This document shows positions 20,571-30,858 of a DNA stretch of 64,000 nt, piece by piece. Source of the DNA: Syntrophales bacterium (GTDB lineage Bacteria; Desulfobacterota; Syntrophia; Syntrophales; UBA2210). Numbering within the stretch: the stretch's first letter is position 1; each line of letters begins with the position of its first letter. Location of the stretch: contig CAXXKT010000001.1 of NCBI GenBank assembly GCA_963662405.2, forward strand, positions 1,792,001-1,856,000. Reading direction: 5' to 3'. The position numbers and the translations under genes were made by a program. The notes below the pieces were generated by a model, which saw only the letters and a list, made by a program, of their open reading frames with translations, made no database searches and was not told the origin of the DNA.

Positions 20571-22364
20571 TCAGGGTATGGCCGTCGTTTGTGGTTGATC
20601 CGTATCGAATGTGTCCGGGGAAGGGAGAGAGATCACCGAGGACCCCCGGGGCACTGCGACTCTATCGCCTGCTACAATCCCTCGCGTGATTTCTACCGAA
20701 TCGAGGGTGGTAATGCCGGTTTCGACTTCCGTTTCTCTTCGCTCCCCGCTTGAGGGGTCCCAAACAAAGGCAAAATGCCTTCCTTCAGAGGTCCTTATCG
20801 CCCCGATGGGGACCAGGACGGCTTGGGGATTGTTGTAGACCAGAACCTGGAGATTGGCCGACATGCCCAATCTGATGATCTCTTTTTGCTCCGGCGTCAG
20901 GCTTTTCACTGTTACATGGAGGCTGAACAGGGGGATTCCGAGCCCGGTCATGCTTTTCTGGGCCTGAGCGGATATGTGTGTGATTTCGCCGTGCAGGGGG
21001 GTGGAAAGGAAGGCGTCACCGGTGACGATGACCGTCTGACCGATCTTGACCCTTCCGATATCAACTTCGTCAACGGTTGCCCTGACAGTCAGACCGCTGA
21101 GATCGCCGATTGACAGAAGGAGGTCTCCTTGTGCCACGGATATCCCCCGTTCGATTGTCTTTGCCTTATCCTCACCTCTCTGGGTCGGCTTGATAACGAT
21201 ACCGCTCACCGGAGCCTTGACAACAGACTGCGCGACCTGCTGTCTCATCCTCTCCAACCTGCTTCTGGCATTTTCAAATTCCAGACGCAGAACCTTCACA
21301 TTTTCTTCGCTCCCCTTTTTCAGGACGGTCTGGAGTTCCTCTTTCTGGTTGATATATTGCTCCCGGGCCGATTCGTACTCATTGCGGGAGACGATCCCTT
21401 TCTCATAGAGAAGTTTGTTTTCCTCCATCTTGTTTGCGGCACTGGCAAGGGAGCGTCTGGCTTTGAGCACTTCGGTACCCCCGGACCATCCTTCAAGTAT
21501 TTCCAACTCCTTCCGGGCTTTGATATATGCGGACGTAGCCTCCCGGAGCTTGATCTCTATCTCGTTTGTGTCCATCAAAAGGAGCGGAGTTCCCCTCTTG
21601 ACGAACGCTCCGTACGTGAAATATCGCTCTTTTATATGGCCTTGAAAGGGGCTGATTACATTGATTTCACCAAGGGGTTCAATGGCTCCCGCCAGTGATA
21701 CGCTGGAGGAAAGGGGGCGAGGGGTCACCGTATAGGTGTCGAATTGTCCTGGTGCCGTCGTCCCGGTTGTCGCTCCGAGGGGGAGCGATGTTTTTTTCAG
21801 AAACCCGTCGCTCCATGAGTAGAATCCGATCCCGACGAAGAGCAGCACGACGCAGATGGTCACGACGACCCTGATAACCTGCACCTTCTTGAGCGCCGTG
21901 TTCAGGGTTTTATTCGATTCCTCAAGATCTCGGTAGGCGTCACGAAGCTGCCGGTTGAGTTCCTGCTCTGCGATTTGTAATTCTTTGATTTTCGTAACGT
22001 CATTGAAAACGACGATGACCCCCGTGTGCCCTCCGGCATCTTCCTCCGCCGATCTAAGGTATGACGACGTCACGGAGAGGGTGAGAGAGACATTGTCCCT
22101 GCGCCGAAATGAAACGGTTGCCTGATGGCCTGCAACGGACTCATAGATTGCATCGAGAATGGTCTGATTGAATTCGTCATTGCCCTCCATTTCCATCATA
22201 AAAACTTCGGCAAATGACCTGCCGATGACCTCATCGCCGGAAAAACCGAGGATTATGGATGCCGCTGGATTAAACATGATAATCCGTCCGCTGAGATTCA
22301 GGGTCATGACCCCGTCACTCATATTATCCAAGACATTCTTGTAAAATACCTCTGCCTTATCCAT
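20571..22364 (-). CDS. PAS domain fused to a MacA-like periplasmic adaptor (membrane fusion protein)
   Basis: N-terminal PAS ('VLDNMSDGVMTLNLSGRIIMFNPAA...VFNDVT'), coiled coil, one TM, then MFP motifs 'KAPVSGIV', 'VDEVDIGRVKIGQ', 'VETGI'. Confidence 0.85.
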   Translation of the reverse strand: MDKAEVFYKNVLDNMSDGVMTLNLSGRIIMFNPAASIILGFSGDEVIGRSFAEVFMMEMEGNDEFNQTILDAIYESVAGHQATVSFRRRDNVSLTLSVTSSYLRSAEEDAGGHTGVIVVFNDVTKIKELQIAEQELNRQLRDAYRDLEESNKTLNTALKKVQVIRVVVTICVVLLFVGIGFYSWSDGFLKKTSLPLGATTGTTAPGQFDTYTVTPRPLSSSVSLAGAIEPLGEINVISPFQGHIKERYFTYGAFVKRGTPLLLMDTNEIEIKLREATSAYIKARKELEILEGWSGGTEVLKARRSLASAANKMEENKLLYEKGIVSRNEYESAREQYINQKEELQTVLKKGSEENVKVLRLEFENARSRLERMRQQVAQSVVKAPVSGIVIKPTQRGEDKAKTIERGISVAQGDLLLSIGDLSGLTVRATVDEVDIGRVKIGQTVIVTGDAFLSTPLHGEITHISAQAQKSMTGLGIPLFSLHVTVKSLTPEQKEIIRLGMSANLQVLVYNNPQAVLVPIGAIRTSEGRHFAFVWDPSSGERRETEVETGITTLDSVEITRGIVAGDRVAVPRGSSVISLPSPDTFDTDQPQTTAIP

Positions 22365-22433
22365 AAGAAAAATCCTTTCGGAAAGACCCTGATTGATGTT
22401 GTTCAGACGGCCGTTTCTGTCCCGCACGAAGGA

Positions 22434-23993
22434 TCATCGATACTCAAACAATTCGTGTTCCAAGGCTTGATAGTCGTCCCGTAATTGTATCTTCCATGTG
22501 TCGAGCGTTGTTCCCAGAAGTTGATCGAGGGTCGTCAGCGATGTCAGATAGGATATGGTCTGATTCACTTCCGCCTCCTGCCTTTCCACCAGGGTATTCT
22601 GAAAGCTCACCACCTGGAAGAGAGTGGATCTGCCCGCGTTGAGCTTGGTTTTTTCAACCTCCAGTTTTTGCCTGGCGAGTTCGAGACTCTTGCGTGCTCG
22701 CTTGAGGAGCGCCAGTTGGGTGTGCACATTGCGGACGGCATTCCGTACGTCGGTCTCGAGATCGCTTCTGGCCTCCTCCAGGTTTAACCGCGCGACCTTG
22801 AGGGCCTTCTTCGCGAGCAGGAGGTCCTGTCTCTTGACGAGCCGGTCATTTCCATAGATTTCAAAGGGAATCGTGAGGTTGAGACCGATATACCACTCGC
22901 GCTCCTTGTCATCATCGGCAGCGTCTTTTACGAGGGCATCCTCGTAGTCCTCCCCGTATCGTGCGGAAAGACCGAGATCCCAGAGTCGGCTATTTTCTTC
23001 CTCCATCAGTTCAAGCTCACTGCGCGTCACGTTGTTCACCTTCTGTGCGTAGGCGCCGTTGTTTTTCAAGGCGATTGTCAGGCAGTCGTCATAGACGGGT
23101 TTCACTTCCCGGAGAAAGACCTCATCGGCCGGGGTAATGGAGATGTTCCTCTCGATATCGAGGACGTCGATCAGGGTCAGAAGGTTTGTCTCCACGATGT
23201 TGACGGCCTCTTCGTAGCTGAATTCCTGGTCGGCGACCTGGGCCTCCGATTGGATCAGTTCATTGGCCGCCATTCGTCCTGTTTCAACGAGGATTTTATT
23301 CGTTTCAAGCTGATGTTTTGCCTCTTCCAGCGCCGCCTCCCTGATCTTGAGATTCCGGGATGACTTGTAGAAATTGTTGTATCCGGATATTACCGAGGCA
23401 ATGATGCCGCCGATATCGTCCCTCAGGTTCAGGAGGTTTTCTTGTTCCGTGAGTCGTGCCTTGATGAGCGATGCCCGATTATATGTGATTCCTCCCCCTT
23501 TCAAGAGTGGTTGCGTCAACGTTACCGACCACCCTGAAGGGAGTGTTGATTCGGAATCGGAGGCTCCGTCCGTCTTTGTCCGTATGGTGGTGTATTGCTG
23601 CTCCCATCCGAAGGCGATCTGAGCGCCAGTGGGAAGTTTCTGTGTGGCACTGGCGGTTACACCGGTCTCCAGAGATTCGGTGCGCGTTTTATCCTTCTCT
23701 CCCACCGCTGTCGCGTAGGCGTCCGTATAGGTCCCATCTGCGATGATATCAACCCTGATATTGGGAAGGAATTCTGCTTCTGCAATCTGAAGGTCGTATT
23801 TCTGGGTGACCCGATTGAGATAGGTGATCGCGATACTTCTGTTGGAGCGAAGTGCCAGCGAGACGGCGTCAGACAGGGTCATCTCGATCGTCTTACCGGA
23901 TTCCTTTTTTCTCTGCTCCTGAGGCGTTTCGCCCGCCCAGACAGTGAGTGCCATCAGGAGTATAACCACAACAAGATAAAGTCGACTTTTCAT
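22434..23993 (-). CDS. TolC-family outer membrane protein
   Basis: Signal peptide, 'MTLSDAVSLAL', 'TLTQPLLKGGG', long heptad helices. Confidence 0.85.
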   Translation of the reverse strand: MKSRLYLVVVILLMALTVWAGETPQEQRKKESGKTIEMTLSDAVSLALRSNRSIAITYLNRVTQKYDLQIAEAEFLPNIRVDIIADGTYTDAYATAVGEKDKTRTESLETGVTASATQKLPTGAQIAFGWEQQYTTIRTKTDGASDSESTLPSGWSVTLTQPLLKGGGITYNRASLIKARLTEQENLLNLRDDIGGIIASVISGYNNFYKSSRNLKIREAALEEAKHQLETNKILVETGRMAANELIQSEAQVADQEFSYEEAVNIVETNLLTLIDVLDIERNISITPADEVFLREVKPVYDDCLTIALKNNGAYAQKVNNVTRSELELMEEENSRLWDLGLSARYGEDYEDALVKDAADDDKEREWYIGLNLTIPFEIYGNDRLVKRQDLLLAKKALKVARLNLEEARSDLETDVRNAVRNVHTQLALLKRARKSLELARQKLEVEKTKLNAGRSTLFQVVSFQNTLVERQEAEVNQTISYLTSLTTLDQLLGTTLDTWKIQLRDDYQALEHELFEYR

Positions 23994-24602
23994 AGCGCAA
24001 TACTGCCTCAAGGCCTGAGAGATGATCGTTTACCGTTGCTGAAGCAGCACTCTAGCCCAATCCATGAAATAAGTCAAAAAGTATCGGTACATGCGCCGCA
24101 CAGTTCCGTCTGACGGGTACGATCCTGAAACTGACGGTGCGCAATGACGCCTCCCTCCTGTTGGAATTGCGAATCAGGGACAGTATGGGACATATCGTGC
24201 GGAGATGGAAGACGGCGCACGGACGATCGTCGTGAAGGCCGGCAGCGGCCGTACGTGATCTTGCCCATTCCTGCTGGTGGAACCCAGTACCCGTCGCTCA
24301 GGATTTCTCAGTACGAAAATAGTGAGTGTACACAACGGCTTTGACCTCAAACGCGGCTTCGTTATACCCTGTCTTATCAGAGCCGAAGGACAAATGATCG
24401 CATGCCAACCGCCGGCATGAGAACCCTGGTCGCCACGAGCATCTGTTTCTTCATGCAGAATATCTCCTGTGATTCTCCGTCAGGTTTCCAAGAAACTCCA
24501 AGATAAAAAGAGTGGATACACGAGGACATCTCTGAGATTCCCCTTGCATTTTTCCACATATGTTATTACATCGGAGCTGAGATAGAAATACAGGAGGGTG
24601 TT

Positions 24603-24935
24603 ATGGAGATATCCGCGGAAAAGGGTGAAAAGGGCCTGATGGTTCACGTGGCCGGTCGAATGGATGCTGTTTCGTCTCCGGAATTCGAGAAGGCGATGGA
24701 CGCCTGGCTTGAAAAGGGGGAGACGATTCTTGTCGTCGATTGCAGCAACCTTGAGTATATCAGCAGTTCGGGGCTCAGGAGCGTCCTGACCATCGCCAAG
24801 AAGTTGAAGGCGCGGAACGGAAAGATCCTCCTCGTCTCCCTGACGAGTGTTGTCAAAGAGGTCTTTGACATCTCCGGATTCAGCGCCATCATTCCGGTCT
24901 ACGATTCGCTGCAGGTTGCCGTTGCCGATCTATAG
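24603..24935 (+). CDS. STAS-domain anti-sigma factor antagonist
   Basis: 'GRMDA', 'DCSNLEYISSSGLR' phospho-Ser motif; GGAGG RBS. Confidence 0.92.
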   Translation: MEISAEKGEKGLMVHVAGRMDAVSSPEFEKAMDAWLEKGETILVVDCSNLEYISSSGLRSVLTIAKKLKARNGKILLVSLTSVVKEVFDISGFSAIIPVYDSLQVAVADL

Positions 24936-24995
24936 GCGGACAGGTACGTATCGAAACAGGGGGAGGCCCCTGCTCTCCTGTAGGAGGAAGCGTCG

Positions 24996-25403
24996 ATGGA
25001 GACATTGCAACTGCCGGCAATTCTTGAGAACCTGGATCCCTTTATCGGATTCGTGCATTCAGGTGCGGCATCTTTTGGCCTGAGCGACAAGAGGATCCTG
25101 GAGGTTGAGTTGGCGTTGGAGGAGGCCCTGGTCAATGTCTTTCAGAATGCCTATCCGGGGGGGGACGGATGGGTGGAGGTGCGTTTCGGGTCCCGGGATA
25201 CAAACCAGTTTGTCATAGAGATCATCGACGAGGGGATTCCCTTCGACCCTCTCGCACGTCCCGATCCGAATGTCGACCGGGGGATCGAAGAGCGGGAGGT
25301 AGGAGGGTTGGGGATCTTCCTGGTCAAAGATATGATCGACCACGTGGAATATCGCCGGGAGGGGGCGATGAATATCCTGACCTTCCAGGTGTTCAGAGAG
25401 TAG
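24996..25403 (+). CDS. RsbW/SpoIIAB-like anti-sigma Ser kinase
   Basis: 'LALEEALVN', 'DEGIPFDP', 'GGLGIFLV'. Confidence 0.92.
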   Translation: METLQLPAILENLDPFIGFVHSGAASFGLSDKRILEVELALEEALVNVFQNAYPGGDGWVEVRFGSRDTNQFVIEIIDEGIPFDPLARPDPNVDRGIEEREVGGLGIFLVKDMIDHVEYRREGAMNILTFQVFRE

Positions 25404-25410
25404 AAGGACT

Positions 25411-26394
25411 ATGGTCGAAAAGAAAAAGTTGTTTATTGTTGTCATCTTTTTTGTTTGTTTCTCTTTCCCCGCGATGGCTGTTTCCGGGACGCCGGCAAAG
25501 ATGTCGTTCATCCCGCAGTGGGTCCCCCAGGCGCAGTTTGCCGGATATTACATGGCGTACGAGAAGGGGATCTATGAGCGGTACGGGATTGATTTGACCA
25601 TCATCACAGGTGGTCCCGATCGGCCGCCGTCGGACCTCCTTGAAGAGGGGACCGCTGATTTCGCTACCCTCTGGCTGACAACGGGGATTCAGCTGCGTGC
25701 GAAGGGCGTCCCGGTGGTCAATATCGCCCAGATGCTGAAGCGCTCGGCGCTGATGCTGGTCGCAAAAAAATCCAGCGGCATCGAGCGTCCCGAAGATATG
25801 AACGGCAAGAAGGTCGGTCTGTGGGGACCGGTCTTTCAGATCCAGCCCCGGGCCTTCTTTAAAAAATACAAACTTGATGTCCGGGAGGTTCCCCAGTCGT
25901 ATTCCGTCAACCTCTTTCTCCGTGACGGTGTCGACGTCGCGTCGGCCATGTGGTACAACGAATATCACACGATCCTGAACTGTGGCCTCAATCCCGATGA
26001 ACTGACCACCTTCTTTTTCCACGAACACGGTCTCAATTTTCCTGAAGACGGCATCTATGTCCTCGAAGAGACGTATCGAAAAAATCCGGAATTGTGCAGT
26101 TCTTTTGTACAGGCATCGCTGGAAGGATGGCAGTATGCATTCGAAAATCCGGAGGAAACGATTGCCGTTGTCATGAGTAACCTGGAACGTGAGCATATCC
26201 CGGCCACGGCGGTACACCAGAGATGGATGCTGAACCGGATGAAGGATCTCATGTTGCCGGACGGAGGTACCGATGGATCGCCAGGAAGCCTGCGTCCTGA
26301 GGATTATCACCGTGTCGCCATAGGGTTGAAGACAAACGAGTTGATAGAGACGATCCCCAGCTTTACCTCCTTCTATCGGGGGAGTGCCAGATGA
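25411..26394 (+). CDS. NMT1/THI5-like periplasmic substrate-binding protein
   Basis: Signal peptide; 'QWVPQAQFAGYYMAYEKGIY..YG'. Confidence 0.88.
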   Translation: MVEKKKLFIVVIFFVCFSFPAMAVSGTPAKMSFIPQWVPQAQFAGYYMAYEKGIYERYGIDLTIITGGPDRPPSDLLEEGTADFATLWLTTGIQLRAKGVPVVNIAQMLKRSALMLVAKKSSGIERPEDMNGKKVGLWGPVFQIQPRAFFKKYKLDVREVPQSYSVNLFLRDGVDVASAMWYNEYHTILNCGLNPDELTTFFFHEHGLNFPEDGIYVLEETYRKNPELCSSFVQASLEGWQYAFENPEETIAVVMSNLEREHIPATAVHQRWMLNRMKDLMLPDGGTDGSPGSLRPEDYHRVAIGLKTNELIETIPSFTSFYRGSAR

Positions 26395-28319
26395 TACGGA
26401 AAAAAGGAATTGCCTTTAAACTGATCGTTTCTATTCTTGCCGGTGTCTCTGTTATATTCTTGGCTATCTTCGGATATAACTATCTCTATTCACGGAATCT
26501 GATCGTCAAATACGTGGAAGAGAACGCCAAGAATCTCGCGGGGAGGACGATCGGCCAGATAGATAAGGTGCTCGGTTCCGTCGCGAAGGTTCCTCAGAAT
26601 GTTGCCCATGTCCTCGAGGATACCTCCTGCACTGCTGATGAGCTGGAAACCTTTCTCCGGTCGGTCGTGCGTGAAAATGATGAGATTTACGGTGCAACCC
26701 TTGCCTTCGAGCCCTATATGTTTGATTCCGGAAAAGAACGATACGCACCCTATTTTTATAAGGATGCCGATGGAGATATTCGGTTTTCCAATCTTGCAGG
26801 AGAGTCCTACAACTATCTCAACGCGGACTGGTATCAGATCCCGCGGGAACTTCAGCATCCTGTATGGACTGAGCCCTATTTCGACGAAGGGGGAGGGAAT
26901 ATCGTCATGTCGACCTATTCCGTTCCCTTCTATCGAGTCAGGGATGGGAAAAGAATGTTCGCCGGAATCGTCACCGCGGATATATCTCTCTCATGGCTCC
27001 AGCAGATCGTTTCGTCGATCCGAATCGCCCAGACAGGATATGGCTTCGTTATCACGAAAAACGGAACCTTTGTCGTTCATCCCGACAAAAAGATAGTCAT
27101 GAACGAGACTATCTTCAGCCTCGCGGAGGGGCGGGGCGACCCCGCACTTCGCGAAGTGGGCCGAAAGATGATTCACGGCGGGTCCGGCTTTGTTGCTTTC
27201 CGGAGCACCGTCACGGAAAAGATGTGCTGGATGGTCTATGCTCCCTCGAAGGCGAGCGGGTGGTCGGTTGGTGTCCTTTTCCCGCAGGATGAACTGATGT
27301 CGGATGTGACCCGAATGAACCGGACGGTTCTGATTATCGGGTTCGTCGGGTTGCTCTTTTTGTGTTTCGTCATTGTTCTCATAGCTCAGACCATCACCCG
27401 ACCCCTCCGACTCCTGGCCGGAGCGGCCCGCACCATTGCGACGGGTGATCTCGATGGTCGCATCCCCCGTGTGAAGGCACGGGATGAGGTCGGTGAGCTT
27501 GCCGAATCGCTTGATTATATGAAGGTTTCGCTGAAGAAATATATCGAAGACCTGACCGAAGCGACGGCGGCGCGGGAACGCATAGAGGGTGAACTTAAGG
27601 TCGCGCATGATATCCAGATGGGTATTCTCCCCAAGGTCTATCCGCCCTTTCCCGACAGACCGGAATTCGAACTCTATGCCATGCTCCAGCCGGCGAAGGA
27701 GGTGGGAGGAGACCTGTATGACTTCTTCTTTCTGGACGATGATCACCTCTGTTTCCTGGTGGGGGATGTCTCGGGGAAGGGCGTGCCGGCGTCCCTTTTC
27801 ATGGCCATCACCAAGACGCTGATCAAGACGAAGGCTACAAAGGGCATCTCCCCGGAGGCGATCCTGGGGAGCGTCAATCAGGATCTTTCCGTGGACAACC
27901 CGTCTCTCATGTTTGTCACCCTTTTCCTGGGGATCCTGAACATACGGACGGGAAAACTGATCTATTGCAACGGCGGGCATAACCCGCCCTACGTCATCCG
28001 CTCGGACGGTACCCTTGAAACGATTGAGACGACCAACGGTATGGCCCTCGGTGTCATGGAGGACTTTCTCTATCAGTCGAAGACACTGACACTTGGTATG
28101 CATGACACGCTTATGCTTTATACCGACGGAGTGACAGAGGCGATGAATGAGCGCCACGAGCTTTTTTCGGAACAAAGGCTGGAAGATATCCTGTTGACCT
28201 CGGTGGACACTTTACCTCAAGAACTGATCCGAAAAGTCCTGGAAATGATCCTGGAATATTGCCGTGATGTTGAACAGACGGATGATATCACCATGCTGGC
28301 GATTCGTTTCAACGGATAG
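26391..28319 (+). CDS. Cache-HAMP-SpoIIE (RsbU-like) membrane phosphatase
   Basis: Two TMs, Cache motif 'DWYQIP...WTEPYFD', HAMP 'DEVGELA', PP2C motifs 'VGGDLYD','GDVSGKG','YTDGVTE','DDIT'. Confidence 0.93.
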   Translation: MIRKKGIAFKLIVSILAGVSVIFLAIFGYNYLYSRNLIVKYVEENAKNLAGRTIGQIDKVLGSVAKVPQNVAHVLEDTSCTADELETFLRSVVRENDEIYGATLAFEPYMFDSGKERYAPYFYKDADGDIRFSNLAGESYNYLNADWYQIPRELQHPVWTEPYFDEGGGNIVMSTYSVPFYRVRDGKRMFAGIVTADISLSWLQQIVSSIRIAQTGYGFVITKNGTFVVHPDKKIVMNETIFSLAEGRGDPALREVGRKMIHGGSGFVAFRSTVTEKMCWMVYAPSKASGWSVGVLFPQDELMSDVTRMNRTVLIIGFVGLLFLCFVIVLIAQTITRPLRLLAGAARTIATGDLDGRIPRVKARDEVGELAESLDYMKVSLKKYIEDLTEATAARERIEGELKVAHDIQMGILPKVYPPFPDRPEFELYAMLQPAKEVGGDLYDFFFLDDDHLCFLVGDVSGKGVPASLFMAITKTLIKTKATKGISPEAILGSVNQDLSVDNPSLMFVTLFLGILNIRTGKLIYCNGGHNPPYVIRSDGTLETIETTNGMALGVMEDFLYQSKTLTLGMHDTLMLYTDGVTEAMNERHELFSEQRLEDILLTSVDTLPQELIRKVLEMILEYCRDVEQTDDITMLAIRFNG

Positions 28320-28400
28320 TACACTATAACGGGGGAACGGTCTTGCCCGCATGTTTCGGTAAGAGACGAGCCATTCCCGGCATACAATGGAGGGTGTGGT

Positions 28401-29285
28401 ATGCAGGCGGTACGCCGGAGACTGAAGATATTCCTGGCCCTCTTCGTTGTGGTTACGGCGGCGGGGACGGTCGGGTTCATGGTCCTTGAGGATCTCTCGT
28501 TTCCTGAGGCCCTCTACTATAACATCGTCACCATGTCCACCGTCGGATACGGGGATATCCACCCGACGAGCAACGCCAGCCGCCTCTTCGCCGTCCTCCT
28601 CATCATCATGGGGGCGGGGACCTTTATCGGGGTGATCGCGAACGCGACCGAGATGGTCCTTCTCAAGCGGGAAGAGCAGCACCGGCTCCGCAAGATCAAT
28701 ATGGTGCGGGGGATCTTCTTCAATGAGGTGGGGTATGACCTCCTCAGTCTCCTTGCCTCCTACGACCGTGATATAGAAAAGACGAGAGACCGATTCATCG
28801 TCGAGACGGACTGGTCGGATCGGCACTTTGCGTCCGTTCAGAAGGTGCTCAAGCGACATGCCTTTCATGTGGATGCCGATCGTGTCGATGTCATAGGCCT
28901 CTTTGATTTCCTCGAGGACAAACAGAGATTCCTCGCCCGGCTGCTGGAGAATCCGGTCCTGATAGAGCACGAGGAGTTCACGGAGGTCCTCCTGGCCGTT
29001 TTTCACCTGACGGATGAACTGGCCAGTCGTGACCAGCTCACGGTCCTCCCCCGGTCGGATATAAAGCACCTCGTGGGGGATATCAACCGCGTCTACGGGC
29101 TGCTGATCGGGCAGTGGTTTGTGTACCTGCAGCACGTGAAGAGCCAGTATCCGTATCTGTATTCCCTGGCCGTCCGGAAGAACCCCTTCGACGAGGATGC
29201 GACCCCGGTGGTCATTGATACCGATTCTGAAGAGGAGACGGTCGTCCTCGCGGACGAAGATAGAGAAGAAAAGGAAAAACAATGA
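28401..29285 (+). CDS. 2-TM potassium channel with non-RCK C-terminal domain
   Basis: Selectivity filter TVGYGD. Confidence 0.85.
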   Translation: MQAVRRRLKIFLALFVVVTAAGTVGFMVLEDLSFPEALYYNIVTMSTVGYGDIHPTSNASRLFAVLLIIMGAGTFIGVIANATEMVLLKREEQHRLRKINMVRGIFFNEVGYDLLSLLASYDRDIEKTRDRFIVETDWSDRHFASVQKVLKRHAFHVDADRVDVIGLFDFLEDKQRFLARLLENPVLIEHEEFTEVLLAVFHLTDELASRDQLTVLPRSDIKHLVGDINRVYGLLIGQWFVYLQHVKSQYPYLYSLAVRKNPFDEDATPVVIDTDSEEETVVLADEDREEKEKQ

Positions 29286-29491
29286 TGAACATCAAAATGA
29301 TCATCAGTCTTGTCTTGGCTGGCCTGGCCGTGATTTTCATCATACAGAACGTTACGGTCGTCGAGGTACGGTTCCTCATCTGGACCCTGCCGATATCGCG
29401 AGCGCTCCTCATGTTCTTTACCCTGGCAATCGGGATCATCGTCGGGTGGACGCTCCACAGCATTTCACGATCCCGCCGGGACAACGAATAG
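29282..29491 (+). CDS. LapA/DUF1049-like small membrane protein
   Basis: 'IFIIQN...VEVRFL.W', two TMs; ATGA overlap with the channel gene. Confidence 0.75.
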   Translation: MMNIKMIISLVLAGLAVIFIIQNVTVVEVRFLIWTLPISRALLMFFTLAIGIIVGWTLHSISRSRRDNE

Positions 29492-29535
29492 GCAGGTTGT
29501 CATCCCATAACCGATAAAGCAGGGGAAAGATCACC

Positions 29536-30717
29536 ATGAAACAATCATCGTATGGAACGGTTGTCATCTTCATTGGATTGATTGTCCTTGTGGTTGGATT
29601 ATCGTTCCTTTCCGGAGAGATATGGAGCGAAAAGCCGGAAAAGCTGCCGAAGGCCGATGCCCTGGTCGTCGAAAAAGGAATGACCTTGGGGCAATTCGGC
29701 GAGGCGAACGGCCTGCCGAACCAGGTCTTGAAGGAGATATTCGGCCTGCAGACGAAATCCGATCTGGATAATACGCTGGAGCGGTACGGCACCCCGGAGC
29801 AGGTTTCGGCACTCGTGCTGAAGAAAATGGCGCTGGCCTCGGAGCACGCCTCCAAAAACTGGATCAAGATCCTGGTCAAGTTCTGTCTGTGGGTGGCCTT
29901 TCTGGTGTCTGTGTTCCTGATCACCAGGGGTCGAAAGGTGACCCCGCGGCTGAGGAAGGTGATGCTCCTCGCAGCCGTCCTGATCTTCGGTGTCGCCCTC
30001 GGCTCCGATCCCAGTCCGATGGGGACGGTCAAGGATGCCATTCATCTCTACGGCGTGGCGGGGGCAATCTTTCTCCCGCGAATGATCGCCCTGACGGTCT
30101 TTCTTGTGCTCGTATTCCTTGTGAACAAGTATATCTGCGCCTGGGGCTGTCAGGTGGGGACACTGCAGGACCTTATATTCCATCTGAACCGGACGGATAA
30201 ACTGAAGGCCGTTCTGGGGAGGCAGGTCAAGCTCCCCTTTGTCCTGACCAATACCATCCGAATCGTCTTTCTGGCCCTCTTTACAGTCGCCGCCTTCATG
30301 TGGGGGCTCGATTTGATAGAGCCCGTTGATCCCTTCAAGCTCTTCAGCCCGGGCCATGTGGCGCCGGCGGCGGGGATCTTCATCGGCGTACTCCTTGTGG
30401 CGTCCCTCTTCGTCTACCGTCCCTGGTGCCACCTCTTCTGTCCCTTCGGGCTGGTGGGGTGGCTGGTCGAAAAGATCAGCCGTGTCCGGGTGAGTGTCGA
30501 TTATGAGACGTGCATCGCCTGCCAGAAGTGCGCTGCCGCGTGCCCCTCGACGGTCATGGGGGCCATCCTGAGGCGTGATACGAAGACAATACCGGACTGT
30601 TTCGCTTGCTACACCTGCCGTGACGTGTGTCCCACCGGTTCGATACGATTCTCGGCGGAGAGGCTGACAATGCCGCCTGCCGGGCACTTTGATAAACCAG
30701 GCAAAAAAGAGGGTTAA
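29536..30717 (+). CDS. Membrane 4Fe-4S protein (NapH/MauN-like)
   Basis: CAWGC, WCHLFCPFG and two CxxCxxCxxxCP motifs. Confidence 0.88.
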   Translation: MKQSSYGTVVIFIGLIVLVVGLSFLSGEIWSEKPEKLPKADALVVEKGMTLGQFGEANGLPNQVLKEIFGLQTKSDLDNTLERYGTPEQVSALVLKKMALASEHASKNWIKILVKFCLWVAFLVSVFLITRGRKVTPRLRKVMLLAAVLIFGVALGSDPSPMGTVKDAIHLYGVAGAIFLPRMIALTVFLVLVFLVNKYICAWGCQVGTLQDLIFHLNRTDKLKAVLGRQVKLPFVLTNTIRIVFLALFTVAAFMWGLDLIEPVDPFKLFSPGHVAPAAGIFIGVLLVASLFVYRPWCHLFCPFGLVGWLVEKISRVRVSVDYETCIACQKCAAACPSTVMGAILRRDTKTIPDCFACYTCRDVCPTGSIRFSAERLTMPPAGHFDKPGKKEG

Positions 30718-30858
30718 GGATATCATTGTTGGCAACGGACGAGAAACGGATGAAAAAACACGGAAAGGCGATCAACGATCCCTGCGGGCAGGGTATGCCG
30801 CGTAACGTGCTCGGTAAACCGGGATTCGCGGAGCGTATCCGGGGGAAGGAGTAAGAAG

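Noticed and set aside
24012..24602. Small ORFs or structured RNA in the divergent intergenic region
   Set aside because: Short ORFs lack motifs and hairpins are weak; unsupported without comparative data.
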